From NCBI RefSeq assembly GCF_006345805.1, contig NC_042998.1, positions 163,742,001 through 163,806,000 on the forward strand: a DNA stretch of 64,000 nt. Reading direction: 5' to 3'. The stretch comes from Octopus sinensis (lineage: Eukaryota). Position numbers and translations under genes: made by a program. How positions within the stretch are numbered: position 1 is the stretch's first letter; each line of letters begins with the position of its first letter. This document shows, one piece after another, positions 51,041 through 63,504 of the stretch. Under the pieces are notes generated by a model. That model saw only the letters and a program-made list of their open reading frames with translations, was not told the origin of the DNA and did no database searches.

Positions 51041-52104
51041 AATGAATCTCTATATAGTATCTATGTAAATATTATATTCACAGCTGGCTAGCAATAAGAG
51101 AAATTAGGATAAATTCTGACTCAGATACAACGATATAGTTAAAGTCAACTTCAAGCAACTGAATACTGATCCTTCATGTGGGTCACAATAGCACAGGGTA
51201 AAAATGTGCAGAGAAGAGCAATCTACTACTTGCACTATGGCTGGTTGTTGAGATGCAATTTGAGGGAGATTTATCTGTTATTTTTAAAAAGCAGAGTAAC
51301 CACATTGAAGCACCAACATTTATCCATTATTGCTGGTTTAGTTTTTAGCTGTTGCTTAAACCTAATTTATCTCTCCAACCGTGACCAACCCTTTTTTTTT
51401 TTTTTGTTAATGTGTATTAAAATCATTATAAAACATGTCCTTTATTTGAAAGACAGTCTGGTTAGATTTGGTAGAAATTTGGTTGCTCTTTCTCTCAGGC
51501 TGAATGATGACATGGAACTCCTTTTTTGGGTTACACTGTGTAAGTAATATCACATGCATTGAGCTAAAATGGAGTGCGTATGCAAAAACTTAAACCTACA
51601 ATTGATACTGGACAGTTATCTCACACCTGAGTGCATTTAGCCAAGATGCTTCTCTATCTTAGTTGTTTGTGAAATACTAATGTTGTTATTTAATCTTGAA
51701 TCAGTACTGGTCAAGATGACCAAGGATGAAAGACTTGTGTTACTGGTTTCAAATTTTGGCACAAGGTCAGCAATTTTGAGGGGACTGGCTAATTCTGTTA
51801 GATCAACCCCAGTACTCAACTGGTACTTCTTTTATTGATCCCAAAAGGATAAAAGGGAAAGTCGCCCCAGGCAGCATTTAAACTCAGAACATGAAGACAG
51901 ACAAAGTGTCACTAGGTATTTCGCCCATTCTGCTAACCATTCTGCCAGCTTGCTACCTTGGTTGCTTTATTTTTTGATGCCAGAAAAATAAAAGGTAAAG
52001 TTTGAACTTACGTTGGAAATAGCCAGAACAAATACCACAAGGCATTCTATCCAATATTTTAACAACTTCCCAGTTCCCTTCCCTGCACATTTATTGCTAT
52101 CCTC

Positions 52105-52894
52105 ATCATTAGCATCATCATTGTTGCCATTTAACATCTGTTTTCCATGCTGGCATGGGTTGGACAGATTGATAGGATCTGGCAAGCTGCAGGGTTGTGT
52201 CAGGTTCTAATGTCAGCTTTGGCATGGTTTTGTATAGCTGAATGCCTTTCCTGATGCCATGCCAACAGCACCAGGGGAGCTGTCAAGTAACTTGCGCATG
52301 ACAGGAAAAGAACAGGGAAAAGCCCCCTCAACTACACGTAGGGAGTATTTAAAAGAGAGAGAGAGAGAGGGAAGGAAGTGGCGTTTTATGCCAAGAATTA
52401 AGAGACAGAAGTATGACAGTGGGACAAGCACAGGTGTCTTGCTGTTGAGGAGATACATGACTACCCCCTATTTATATAAGGGTAGGTGGGAGTAGCTGGA
52501 AAGACGGTGATGATGGTGGTGATGGTGGAGTAGAGCAAATTCTCAAAGTACAAGAAGGTGGACATAAGAGAGGATACAGACAATGGATCAAAAGGAGTGT
52601 GGAGAAGGTAGGTAGGTTCATGAGAGTGTGAGAAGAGAGTAACAGATGGTTGGAGAATGTTGCAAGTGCTGAACAAATGTAGAGGTGTAATTGATGGAAA
52701 AGACTTGTATGGAGACAGAGGAAGGTGAGATAGATAAAAGTGGGTGGCTCAGGATGGAGGATAAATTAAAAAAGAGATATGTTTGAAATTTTGGGGCTCA
52801 CACCTGTTAACAGAGTGAGTTTGTATCATAGAACCAGGGGCAGGTTCAGGTGGATTGGTATGATAAGTGTTAAGCACTTACCAAATAGAATATG

Positions 52895-52943
<49 letters not shown>

Positions 52944-53490
52944 GATATATATATATCATCATCATCATTATATAACATCTGTTTTCCATGCTAGCATGGG
53001 TTGGATGGGGTCTGGGAAGCCAGGAGACTGCGCCAGGCTGCAGTCTGATCTGGCAGTGTTTCTACAGCTGGATGCCCTTCCTAACACCAACCACTCCGTG
53101 AGTGTTGTGGGTGCTTTTTACATGCCACTGGCATAGGGGTGAGAGGAGGCTGGCAAACGGCCACAATCAGTTGATGCTTTTTACGTGTCACCGACACGGA
53201 TGCCAGTCAGGTGGCGCTAGCATCAGCCACGTTCAGATGGTGCTTTTTACGTGCCACCAGCATGGGTATCTTAACTACAATTCCATTTGATTTTTTATTG
53301 TTGATGTTGGTGTTCACATTGACGTACTTGACTCAATAGGTCTCCTTAAGAACAGTAGGTCACTCTACAATCCAAGGTTAGCACAGCAGGCCATTCTGCG
53401 AGCCATGAACTCACTTCATTTGTCGGGTCTTCACAGTCACAGCATATCTCAGAGGTCTCAGTCTTCGTCATTTCCTCTGTGAAGCCCAAC
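52105..53490 (-). mobile_element. Two adjacent RTE 3' ends (about 52105-52800 and 52957-53490)
   Basis: (CAT)n tails followed by tttccatgct(g/a)gcatgggttgga; 52400-52460 is the reverse complement of the 58790-58840 UTR; 53430-53490 encodes LGFTEEMT. Confidence 0.75.
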
Positions 53491-54314
53491 ATATAAGTTG
53501 ATATGTTCAATAAGTGGCACACCTTAATTCCATTAAATAAGAAGAAATATACTTCTCACACAACATTCACTAAAACATTCACAAATCAAATCAAGGAAAT
53601 TTACTTCTTTACATATAGGGTTTGTTATTTTTCATTTATTTTGAACATCAAACCATTATACTTACATATCTGGTTTGTATTTGAATATGTCTTGCACTAC
53701 TAGCTATATTATAGGCACCAATATCTGAATAAAAATGAGTTTTTGTGTACCTCTTTATATGAACATATTTGCATATGTGATTTGTGTTTGACTGGACTTT
53801 GTTCTACTAACTTATATTATAACTGCTAATATCTGAAAGAAATTGTGTTACTATGAAATTTTATATATATGAACATATCTCTGTTGCATTTCATTTACCA
53901 TCTGACTGGTTTTGCGTAGTTTATTTTTTTTCCTTTAAAATTTGTGGCTCACCTATGTCTAGTTGGATAGAGATGAGTCTCACACTTAATATCCAAATAA
54001 ACTGGTAAAATGGAAACGTAAAAATTTTGAAAACCAGTACAAAATAATATTTTATTTTGCTCCTAAGCAAAATAAAACATTGAATAAATATGTAGAATTT
54101 TAAAACTTCAGTAGTTCCCATGATACCTGAGATAATACATAACAAGCAAGCAATCAAGCAAGCAAATGTTATAACAGAACCATCAGATACTTCAGTGCCT
54201 CCTAGTGCAAATTATGGTTAGTGGCACACTATATTCTTTTATATGTCAAACATTATTCATGCTAACAATTTATGTTTTAGAATGCAATGAAGATTATTGA
54301 CAAATATGTTGCAG

Positions 54315-54446
54315 ATATCTCTGTTGAAGAATTATCGTCGTTCAGCCCTCAAATCCACCAATGAAATGAAAGAGACCATCCAGCAATTGCAGACTGACCT
54401 AATTTTAGCAAACCAGAAACTAAAAGTATTACGTCAGCATTCTCAG
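54315..54446 (+). CDS. Internal exon F, coiled coil: ISLLKNYRRSALKSTNEMKETIQQLQTDLILANQKLKVLRQHSQ
   Basis: Acceptor tatgttgcag, donor CAG|gttggt; phase 0 to 0; heptad pattern. Confidence 0.75.
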
Positions 54447-55060
54447 GTTGGTTTGGTAATTTTATTTTTAAGATCATAATAAGCTTTTTGTGTTAGGTAA
54501 TCTCTCATAAGTGTTCAATTCACTTGTAATCTTCCTGTGAATGTGCATGGCTCAGTGGTTAGAGCATTGGGCTTACAACTGTGGGGTTGTGAGTTCACTT
54601 TCTAGACCAGGTTATGTGTCGTGTTCTTGAGCAAGGCACTTTATTTTATGAAACTCCAGTTCACTCAGTTGTAGAAGTGAGTTGCAACATCACTGGTGCC
54701 AAACTGTATCGGATTTTGCCTTTCTCTTCGACAATATCAATGATGGGGAGAGAGGGGACTGCTATGCATGAGCAGCTGCTGGTCTGCCATAGTTCAATGA
54801 GGAGGAAAGTAACTGCAGCAATGCATTGTGGAGTGCAGAGAGCCTGATGAAGCAAGAAAGACATCTTGGGCATCCTCTGCATCTATCTCCATCTCCAGTC
54901 ATTTTGACCTGGTCTTGCCACTAGATTGAAGATGGTCATGGATGAGAGGGTGATGTTGACAGTGCGTAACCCTTCTTTACTTTAAACAAAGTTACTACAC
55001 AAGCCATCAGTCATTCCTAAGGATGACTAAATGGTCCTTGTTGCTCCAACAAATGAACAT

Positions 55061-55222
55061 GGCGTAGGAGTGGCTGTGTGGTAAGTAGCTTGCTTACGAA
55101 CCACCTGGTTCCAGGTTCAGTCCCACTGCGTGGCACCTTGGGCAAGTGTCTTCTAATATAGCCTCGGGCCAACCAAAGCCTTGTGAGTGGATTTGGTAGA
55201 CGGAAACTGAAAAAAACCCATC

Positions 55223-55257
<35 letters not shown>

Positions 55258-55458
55258 TGTGTGTCTGTGTTTGTCCCCCCAACATCGCTTGACAACCGAT
55301 GTTTGTGTGTTTACATCCCCGTAACTTAGTGGTTCAGCAAAAGAGACCAATAGAATAAGTACTAGGCTTACAAAGGATAAGTCCTGGAGTCAATTTGCTT
55401 GACTAAAGGCGGTGCTCCAGCATGGCCACACTCAAATGACTGAAACAAGTAAAAGAGT
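55061..55458 (+). mobile_element. SINE family A, full length
   Basis: Colinear with 61974-62419. Confidence 0.9.
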
Positions 55459-55567
55459 ATGCGTTCTATAAGGAAGTTAGTCATGCAAAATTTTTTTTTA
55501 AATATATAAATAGACTTTAAATACTTTTTTTTTCTTTCATTGGTGAAGGATAACTAATTATATTTAA

Positions 55568-55773
55568 CCCTTTAACATTCAGATTATACTGTCGACTGTA
55601 ATGCTTATTCATCTACATTGTTTCAAATTAATCATGGATTATCTCGTAGCTTCAAGATTTCAATATTGTGATTATATATTTTTAGACGTTGTAAGGTAGG
55701 TGTGAGAGGCTAGATCTAGCCAGTTTGAACGTTAAACAGGAAGAATATTTTAGCTGATTTAAATGCTAAAAGG
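55568..55773. mobile_element. piggyBac-like MITE, family 2, ending 18 nt before exon G
   Basis: ttaa-ccctttaacattcagatt ... aatgctaaaagg; colinear with the other two copies. Confidence 0.78.
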
Positions 55774-55791
55774 TAAAATTGTCTTTTGTAG

Positions 55792-55953
55792 AAGATACAA
55801 GGACTCTATGAAAAACTCCAGACGGAAAAATCAGCACTTGATAAGGAAGTAAGAAACAGCCAAATCTTAGAAGGAAAATTTTGTATTGAGGATCTACAGA
55901 AAAAAGTATCAAGCTTACAAGAATGTAAGAAGGACTTGGAGATAAAATTAAAG
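55792..55953 (+). CDS. Internal exon G, coiled coil: KIQGLYEKLQTEKSALDKEVRNSQILEGKFCIEDLQKKVSSLQECKKDLEIKLK
   Basis: Acceptor gtcttttgtag, donor AAG|gtaaag; 162 nt, phase 0 to 0; K/E/L/Q-rich. Missing from the ORF track. Confidence 0.8.
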
Positions 55954-56723
55954 GTAAAGATTACATGGTGGAGAAGTTTACTTCACAACCATGTGATTCT
56001 AAGTTAAATTCCATTTCATAGCACTTTGGATATGTCTTCTACATTTACCCTGGGTCAACCAACTGCATGCAGGTCTAACCTCTATATATATAGGTGCAGG
56101 CATGATTTTGTGTGGTGAGAATTTCACCGCCACCAAATCATTGAGTGATCGTAGTAGAGTTTAATGTATGTGTGTGTGTGATTTGTAATTTTAGATTTGG
56201 GTATACACCCAAATTCAAAATCATTACAATGTCTCACCTGTGTGGAACTGTTGCACGATGGGTCAAAAAGATTGTAGAGAATCTTGTGAATTCCAACTTC
56301 TTTCTCTTTCTCTCATGGTTGTGTGAGTAAGAAGTTCTCTTCCTTACCATGGTTTCAGGTCCCCAGTCTCACTGTGTTTCAGGTTAGGCAAGTTTCTTCT
56401 ACTATAACCTCTGGCCAACCAAAGCTTTATGAGTGAATTTGGTTGGCAGAAGTTCTGTCATGTGTATGTGTTTGTGAAAGTGTTTGTTCCACCTTTGATA
56501 GGGAGGAGGGATATATATATATATATAATCATAGCAACAGATAGCCAAAGTCAGTGCATTGAATAAAAATGCTTAGTAATGAATTCTGCTTGAGTTACAT
56601 CCTTTGACTTCAAGCTCAAATTTGTTATTCATCATTTAAGAAGTTGATAAATGCTATATATATATATAATACACACGCACATACATATATAAATATACAT
56701 ATACGTATACACACACACACATA

Positions 56724-57915
56724 CAGGGGTTAGACAAAATAATGGAAACACCTTAAAATTTCAAACAAATTTATTTTAATATGGGGTAGGACTGCCTGTG
56801 GTAGTTATCACAGCTTGAATTCTACAATGTATGGACTTGTACAAAGTTTGAATTGTTTCCAAAGAAATTTTTGTCCATTCTTCAGCTAAAACAGTCTCCA
56901 GTTCTTGTAGTGATGATGGTGGAGGTTACTAACTCCTTATTTGTTTTTCTAAAATGAACCATAAATGTTCAATAATATTAAAATTTGGGGACTGTGGTGA
57001 CCAGATAAGATTTTCAACTTCACTAGAATGTTCTTGTGTCATTCAGTAACAACTTTAGCTGTGTGTGAATTGGTGTATTATCATCCCAAAAGATTGTGTC
57101 TCCTTCCGGGAACAGTTCTGCAACCATAGGATGAATTTGATCAGATAAAATAAGATATGCCCCCCCCCCCCCTCATCACATACCCTTTTCATGTTCAACT
57201 GTTGGAAGAAGGCAGTCTGGATCAAATGCTTCTTTTGTATGTCTCCACACATATACTCAGCCAGTAGCCAGAAATAAGGTAAAGGATGACTCGTCTGAGA
57301 AAATAACATTCTTCCACTGCTCTAGGGACCAATTCTGTAGGTTTTTACTCCACTCTATATGCTTTGCAATGTTTGTTTTTGAAAGTAGTGGTTTTCTGAT
57401 TGCAGCCCTCCCATGAAATCCAGCTTTGTGCAGCTCCCAACTAACAGTTTTTGTGGAAACTAGATTTTCAAGGTGGTCATTAAGCTCTGCAGTAATTTGG
57501 GGATCTGTACTTTTGTGATCCTTTCTAACAATTTGCATAAGAGTCCAACAGTCCCTGTCTGAAAGTTTTGGTTTTCTTCTGGAGTTTTATTTTGATGAGA
57601 AGGATTTTCCCTCTTTCTCAAAGGCTGTCATTACTTTTGAGACGGTAGTTCTTGACCACCAAACATTTCGGCTGTTTTCATTACGCTAGCACCTGCCATA
57701 TGTGCACCAAGAATTTTACCTCTTTGAAAGTTTGATAGGTTTGTTATTTTAATGAATTTTAATTACCTTTTTCTGATGATATCTGAAAAGAAACAACAAT
57801 TTTAGCAAAACGTATTAAGTAACATTAAAAATAAATCAAAAAACATACCTTTTGACAGGTTTATAGATATTTCAAAATCATGATGCTAGGTGTTTCCAGT
57901 ATTTTGTCCAACCGC

Positions 57916-57917
<2 letters not shown>
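56724..57917 (-). mobile_element. Tc1-superfamily transposon, copy 2 of the same family, with an internal deletion
   Basis: Same TIRs (TA at 56722-23); minus ORF 57257-57538 reads RAAIRKPLLSKTNIAKHIEWSKNLQNWSLEQWKNVIFSDES; roughly 65 bp missing near the C-run at 57160. Confidence 0.93.
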
Positions 57918-57947
<30 letters not shown>

Positions 57948-58019
57948 GCCCATGGTTGTGCTCCAGCATGACCGCAGCTGCATGGCTGAAACGAATAAAA
58001 GAATTTTATTCCTTTACAC

Positions 58020-59310
58020 AACATGACCAACAAAGCACAACTGTGTTGAGAGAAAAGTTAGGCATAAGAGGGATTAAATGTGGTATACAGGAGAGGAGAC
58101 TGCATTGGTTTGGACATGTGATGTGTATGAGTGAAGACAGCTGTATGCAGAAGTGCCTGTTGCTGAAAGTGCATGGTCCCTGTGAAAGATGGAGACTCAG
58201 GAAGACATGGGATGAAGTGGTGAAGACTGATCTTAGGATGTTGAGGCTCATGGAGAAAATGACAGTAGACCAAGATGTTGGCGATATGAGGTGCTAGGGA
58301 AGACCTGTCCATGAAACTGAGTGCTAGAAGAGTTGTGTCCCACCCATGTGTAACAACACACTTTTCACTCACTCTACCCTAAGATATCAGACTACGTCTC
58401 CTCTTCTAATTGCATCTTTCTCTTCCTCACATTTCCTCCTCATACTTTAAGATTGTTTTCCAACCCCCTTTCTTACCCACATTGTTGTGCTCACTGTATC
58501 ACTGCTCCCCCACACCCACTCCCTACTTTTCTAACCAGGTTCTATGCTCATATTCTTGTTACTTGTTAGTATACTCTTCTTGCACTACACCATCTCTCTT
58601 CTGCTCTCTCATACACTTTTCTTGTTTCCTACTCTCTCTGTCTTTCCCTTTGGTCACTCTCCTTGTTTTTCCTCTGACTACATAACCAAGTATCACCTTT
58701 ACGTCAGCACACTTGTTTCTGGCCTCTTTCTGCACCTCTCTATCTCCTCTCTCTCTATCTCTATCTCTCTTTCTCTCTGTGTAACCATGTACCTCCTCTA
58801 TAGCAAGACACCTCTTTCTGTCACTCTATTTCTTTGTTACACTTTAACCTTTCATCATTTGATACTGGATCACCTCCCCTAATGCCCCCTCTATTGTGGC
58901 AAGACATCTGCTCCTGTCTCTTTGTCACACTCTAACTTTCATCCTCTGACACAAATACCCTGCTCCTTTCATAATTCCTTGTCTTGTGAGTTACTTGGTT
59001 ACCCTACCAGTGCTGGTGCCACGTCAACAGCATCCAGTCTAACGTAGTTGGCATCTGGAAGGGCATCCAGCTGTAAAAATCTTGCCAAAACTAACTTTGC
59101 CTGTGCTAGTGCCACGTAAAAGACATTGAGTCCACTCTGTGGAGTTGTTGGTGTTAGGAAGAGCATCCAGCAGTAAAATCCATGCCAAAACTGACACAGC
59201 AGCCTTCAGTAGATTTTCTACATGACTGGCTCCTGTCAACCATACTACCCATGCATCCATGGAAGATGGACGTTAATCGATGATGGTGATGATGATGATG
59301 ATGATGATGG
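58020..59310 (+). mobile_element. RTE-clade LINE 3' end with long pyrimidine-rich 3'UTR and (GAT)n tail
   Basis: LREKLGIRGIKCGIQERRLHWFGHVMCMSEDSCMQKC...KTWDEVVKTDLRML; UTR contains the ggaagggcatccagctgtaaaa block twice. Confidence 0.85.
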
Positions 59311-59339
59311 TGGTGGTGGCGGCGGCGGCGACGACGACA

Positions 59340-60230
59340 ATATTTCAGTCTTTTCACTGCAGCCATCCTGAAGTACCACCTTAAAGGGTATTTTAGTCAA
59401 AGAAATTGAGCCCAGGGCTCATTCTTTGTAAGCCTACTACTTATTCTATCAGTCTCTTTTGCCAAACCTCTAAGTTATGGGAACGTAAACACACCAACAT
59501 CAGTCGTGAAACAATGATGGGGGGACAAACACAGACACAAAGACACACACATACACACACACGCGCACATGCACACAAACACACACACACATATATACAA
59601 CAGCTTCTTTCAGCTTCCATCTACCAAATCTACTCACAAGACTTTGGTTGGGGCTATAGTAGAAGACACTTGCCCAAGGTGCCATGCAGTGAGACTGAAC
59701 CTAGAACCATGTGGTTGGGAAGCAAATTCCTTACCACACAGCAAAGCCTGCATCCAATTCATATATATATATATAATTAATTTACTAAGACCCTTGAAGT
59801 CAAGGAAACCAAAAAAAAATTATAAAAGGAAAAACAATTTAATGGCGTAACTATGGATGTGTGGTAAAAAGCTTGCTTCCCAACCACATGGCTTAGAGTT
59901 CTCAATCATATGGTTCTGGTTTCAGTCCCACTGCATCAGATCTTGGGCAAGTGTCTTCTACTAAAGTCTTGTGAATAGATTTGGTAGATGGAAACTGAAA
60001 GAAGCTTGTCATATGTGTGTGTGTGTGTGTGTGTGCACATTTGTTCCTCAACCACCACCACTTGACAAATAGTTCTGGTATATTCACATCCCTGTAACTT
60101 AGTGGTTTGGCAAACGAAACCAATAGAATAAGTACCAGGCTTAAATAAAATAAGTACTAGGGTCAATACATTTGACTAAAATTTCTTCATGGTGGTGCTC
60201 TAGCATGGCCACAGTCTAATGACTGAAACA
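59340..60230. mobile_element. Inverted pair of family A SINEs (59340-59745 minus, 59845-60230 plus)
   Basis: Two near-complete copies head-to-head about 100 bp apart. Confidence 0.85.
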
Positions 60231-60334
60231 AATCAAACACAAACATAATGATAGTTCTGAATACATATGTTTGTGAATTACATGAGAAAATAATGAATTT
60301 ATAATTGTAATGTGGAATGACCAGTCTGAATCTT

Positions 60335-60500
60335 GTGTTTCATATCACTAGATTTTTATGTCTTGTATCTCAGGAAAGTGTTGGTATATGTAGAGAAAAC
60401 GTTGAATGTTAAACATATGCAACAGTGCATAATTGATGCATATAACAGCATTAAAACTGACACTGTTTGCTGGATTTTCTCATCTTGGTTGTTTATGCAT
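60335..60500 (+). mobile_element. Highly degenerate Tc1/mariner-superfamily transposase C-terminal fragment
   Basis: SLDFYVLYLRKVLVYVEKTLNVKHMQQCIIDAYNSI resembles PLDFxLWGxLKxxVYxxK...LKQRIxxA. Confidence 0.45.
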
Positions 60501-61158
60501 TGTGATATTGACAGACTGTAATTGATGGACATGTTCTGTGAATGGAAGCGTTTGTTCATATTGCGTTTTATGTTCTTCCTTGCACTAGACTTATAGGAGA
60601 CATATGGCGGTGGTGATGATAATGATGATAATAGTTATATAAATATGTATATGTGAGTGTATGAAGCATTTAAGAACGAATGCAAACCTGAATCAAACCA
60701 TTAACACAAATATACATTACATACATACATATACAAGCAAATATATATATATACATTCATACACACACACATACATACATACATACATACATACATACAT
60801 ACATACATGTATATAGATATGTGTGTGAGTTTGTGAATTGTTGAATTGTGAAAGCATATGGCCTGGTGGTTAGTGTGTTGCACTCGCATTCACCAGATCA
60901 TGGTTTCGATTCCCAGACTGGGCGATGCTTTGTGTTCTTGAGCAAAGCACTTCATTTCATGTCATTCCAGTCCACTCAGCTGCAAATGAGTAACCCTGTG
61001 ATGGACTTGTGTTCCATTCAGAGGTAATGTTGTTGGCCTGCCTGCCTGCCTAGTCAGCGAAGTTACATCATTTGAAAGCTACAACAATGCAAGGAAGTGC
61101 ATTGTGATCAGCAGTGTATAACAACATCAGATAGTGTGCTTGATTGAGTGATACAGCA

Positions 61159-61194
<36 letters not shown>

Positions 61195-61321
61195 TTGATG
61201 TAATGGCAAGGCAACAAGAATTGCATAATCAACTTCATTAGCTTACTACTGGTCCTACTATAAGAAGTAGTGCACTCGGTATTTAAATACTTTCCCAAAT
61301 GAACACATACTTCATTTTAAG

Positions 61322-61401
61322 GGTTCTGAAGAAGCTATAGGGTGATGCACAGCACTCAGTTTTGAGTGCATTACTTCCTAAAGCAGAAACATCTGTAAGC
61401 T
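61322..61401 (+). ncRNA. Candidate minimal type I hammerhead ribozyme, same family as 12425-12505
   Basis: GGUU-CUGAAGA-A-GCUAUAGG-GUGAUGCAC...GUGCAUUAC-UU-CCUAAAGC-A-GAAA-CAUCUG-UA-AGCU; shares downstream aagctaatgaagtt. Confidence 0.58.
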
Positions 61402-61601
61402 AATGAAGTTGACTGCATAATTCCTTTTCTCTTGCCATACTGTTAATTCACATTATGCTCTGTACTTGTCTAATGTTGTTTTCTAAAGTATATTGAGTTC
61501 TAACTACAGGCTATTAGTATTGTTATGCCTGAAGAGACATCATAAAATACATACATGCATCCATCCATACATACATACATCCATCCATACATACATACAT
61601 G

Positions 61602-61643
<42 letters not shown>

Positions 61644-61973
61644 CTCTCTCTCTCTCTGTGAGTTGGATCTACTAATATAAATATCTATATATTTGTACTT
61701 AAATATTCATCATCTGAAAGTCTCTATCTTCTGCTTTCACTCATTTTGCATATGTACATATATCTTGTGTTTCATGCCCAAACTATTATATTATATATAA
61801 TATATTTAATTTGTTTATCCACATAATTGCCTCTACATATATATAACCTTATATGTAATATATATGTATGTACATATATGCGTATGTGTGTGTATATGTA
61901 TATATATATATATATATATATAAGACAAAGAATCTGAAAATGCTGGAGTCTTTTAAAAAGTATTTATTAACTT

Positions 61974-62151
61974 AGGCGCAGGAGTGGCTGCGTGGTAAGT
62001 AGCTTGTTTACCAACCACATGGTTCCGGGTTCGGTCCCACTGTGTGGCACCTTGGGCAAGTGTCTTCTACTATAGCCTCGGGCTGACCAAAGCCTTGTGA
62101 GTGGATTTGGTAGACGGAAACTGAAAGAAGCCCGTCGTATATATGTATATG

Positions 62152-62201
<50 letters not shown>

Positions 62202-62419
62202 TGTATGTTTGTGTGTCTGTGTTTGTCCCATCCAACATCGCTTGACAACCGATGCTGGTGTGTTTATGTCCCCGTCACTTAGCAGTTTGGCAAAAAGAGA
62301 CTGATAGAATAAGTACTGGGCTTACAAAGAATAAGTCCCAGGGTCGAGTTGCTCAATTAAAGGCAGTGCTCCAGCATGGCCGCAGTCAAAATGACTGAAA
62401 CAAGTAAAAGAGTAAAGAG
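61974..62419 (+). mobile_element. tRNA-derived SINE family A, full length with internal (TA)n/(TG)n
   Basis: A-box-like tggctgcgtgg, B-box ggttcggtccc, tail gaaacaagtaaaagagtaaagag, flanking direct repeat taactta. Confidence 0.9.
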
Positions 62420-62609
62420 TAACTTAACCGGTTTTGCTTATATAAAAATATTTTCAAAGGTAAGTTATGAGGCATTGTGTAAATTAATTTACATAAATGT
62501 ATTCAAATCAAGTGATAGAGTCTTTGACAATGATAAGAAAAGTTTTGAGGCTTTGTGTATCCTCTGTGATGAGTTAAAAAATAGTTTACATAAAAACATT
62601 CACATTCAT

Positions 62610-63013
62610 AGGTGCAGGAGTGGCTGTGTGATAAGTAGCTTGCTTACCAATCACATGGTTCCGGGTTCAGTCCCACTGCATGGTACCTTGGGCAAGTATC
62701 TTCTACTGTAGCCTCGGGCCAACCAAAGCTTTGAGAGTGGATTTGGTAGACGGAAACTGAAAGAAGCCTGTAGTATATATGTATATGTATATATGTGTGT
62801 GTGAGCGTTTGTGTGTCTGTGCTTGTCCTCCCAACAGCGCTTGACAACCGATGCTGGTGTGTTTACGTCCCCATAACTTAGCGGTTCGGCAAAAAGAGAC
62901 TGATAGTATAAGTACTAGGCTAACAAAGAATAAGTCCCAGGGTCGATTTGCTTGACTAAAAAAGGTGGTGTTCCAGCATGGCCGCAGTCAAATGACTGAA
63001 ACAAGTAAAAGAG
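62610..63013 (+). mobile_element. SINE family A, full length
   Basis: Colinear with 61974-62419. Confidence 0.9.
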
Positions 63014-63504
63014 TAATGACATGAAGATAAAAATTAGTCTACATAAATATATCCAAATCAAGTAATAGGGTCTTTGAGAAGAAGATAAAATGTGTCTGGT
63101 TTGTCAATCTCTGGTTATTAAAGTTTTAGTCTCACTGTGATCGGAAACCATAATTCTTTGCAGCATCTTAAATTGAAAAAAAGGTGAGAAATAACAGACC
63201 ATTTATAGTTCTCAGATCTGGTTGTAGGGTCTTGCATCTGGATGGAATTCGATACTTACTATTATTGTGATTAAAAGATGGTTCTGTTTTTTAAAACAAG
63301 GTGGCTTTAGAATTGCTTTCTCTTGAAAAACAGTGTGGGTAGTTGATGGCAGTCACATGATCAGAAGGTAGTTTAGGATTGTTCTGATTTCAAATTGTTG
63401 TTGTGGAGCTGAGAAAGGCTTGTTTGGTGAGCTGGTTCTGTTATGGTTCAGTAGTTATGGCTGTTTTTTTGGGGTTTAAATGTATGACTCATAAGTAAAG
63501 AATA

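Noticed and set aside
54840-54870. cctgatgaagcaagaaagac hammerhead-like words
   Set aside because: No room for stem II and no valid stem III or cleavage triplet.
60373-60411. Possible last exon ESVGICRENVEC* in phase with exon G
   Set aside because: Overlaps a degenerate transposase-like fragment in another frame and has no other support; not excluded, but not callable.
61974-62045. tRNA-like A/B boxes
   Set aside because: Head of a SINE continuing into SINE body; no complete cloverleaf, so no tRNA gene called.
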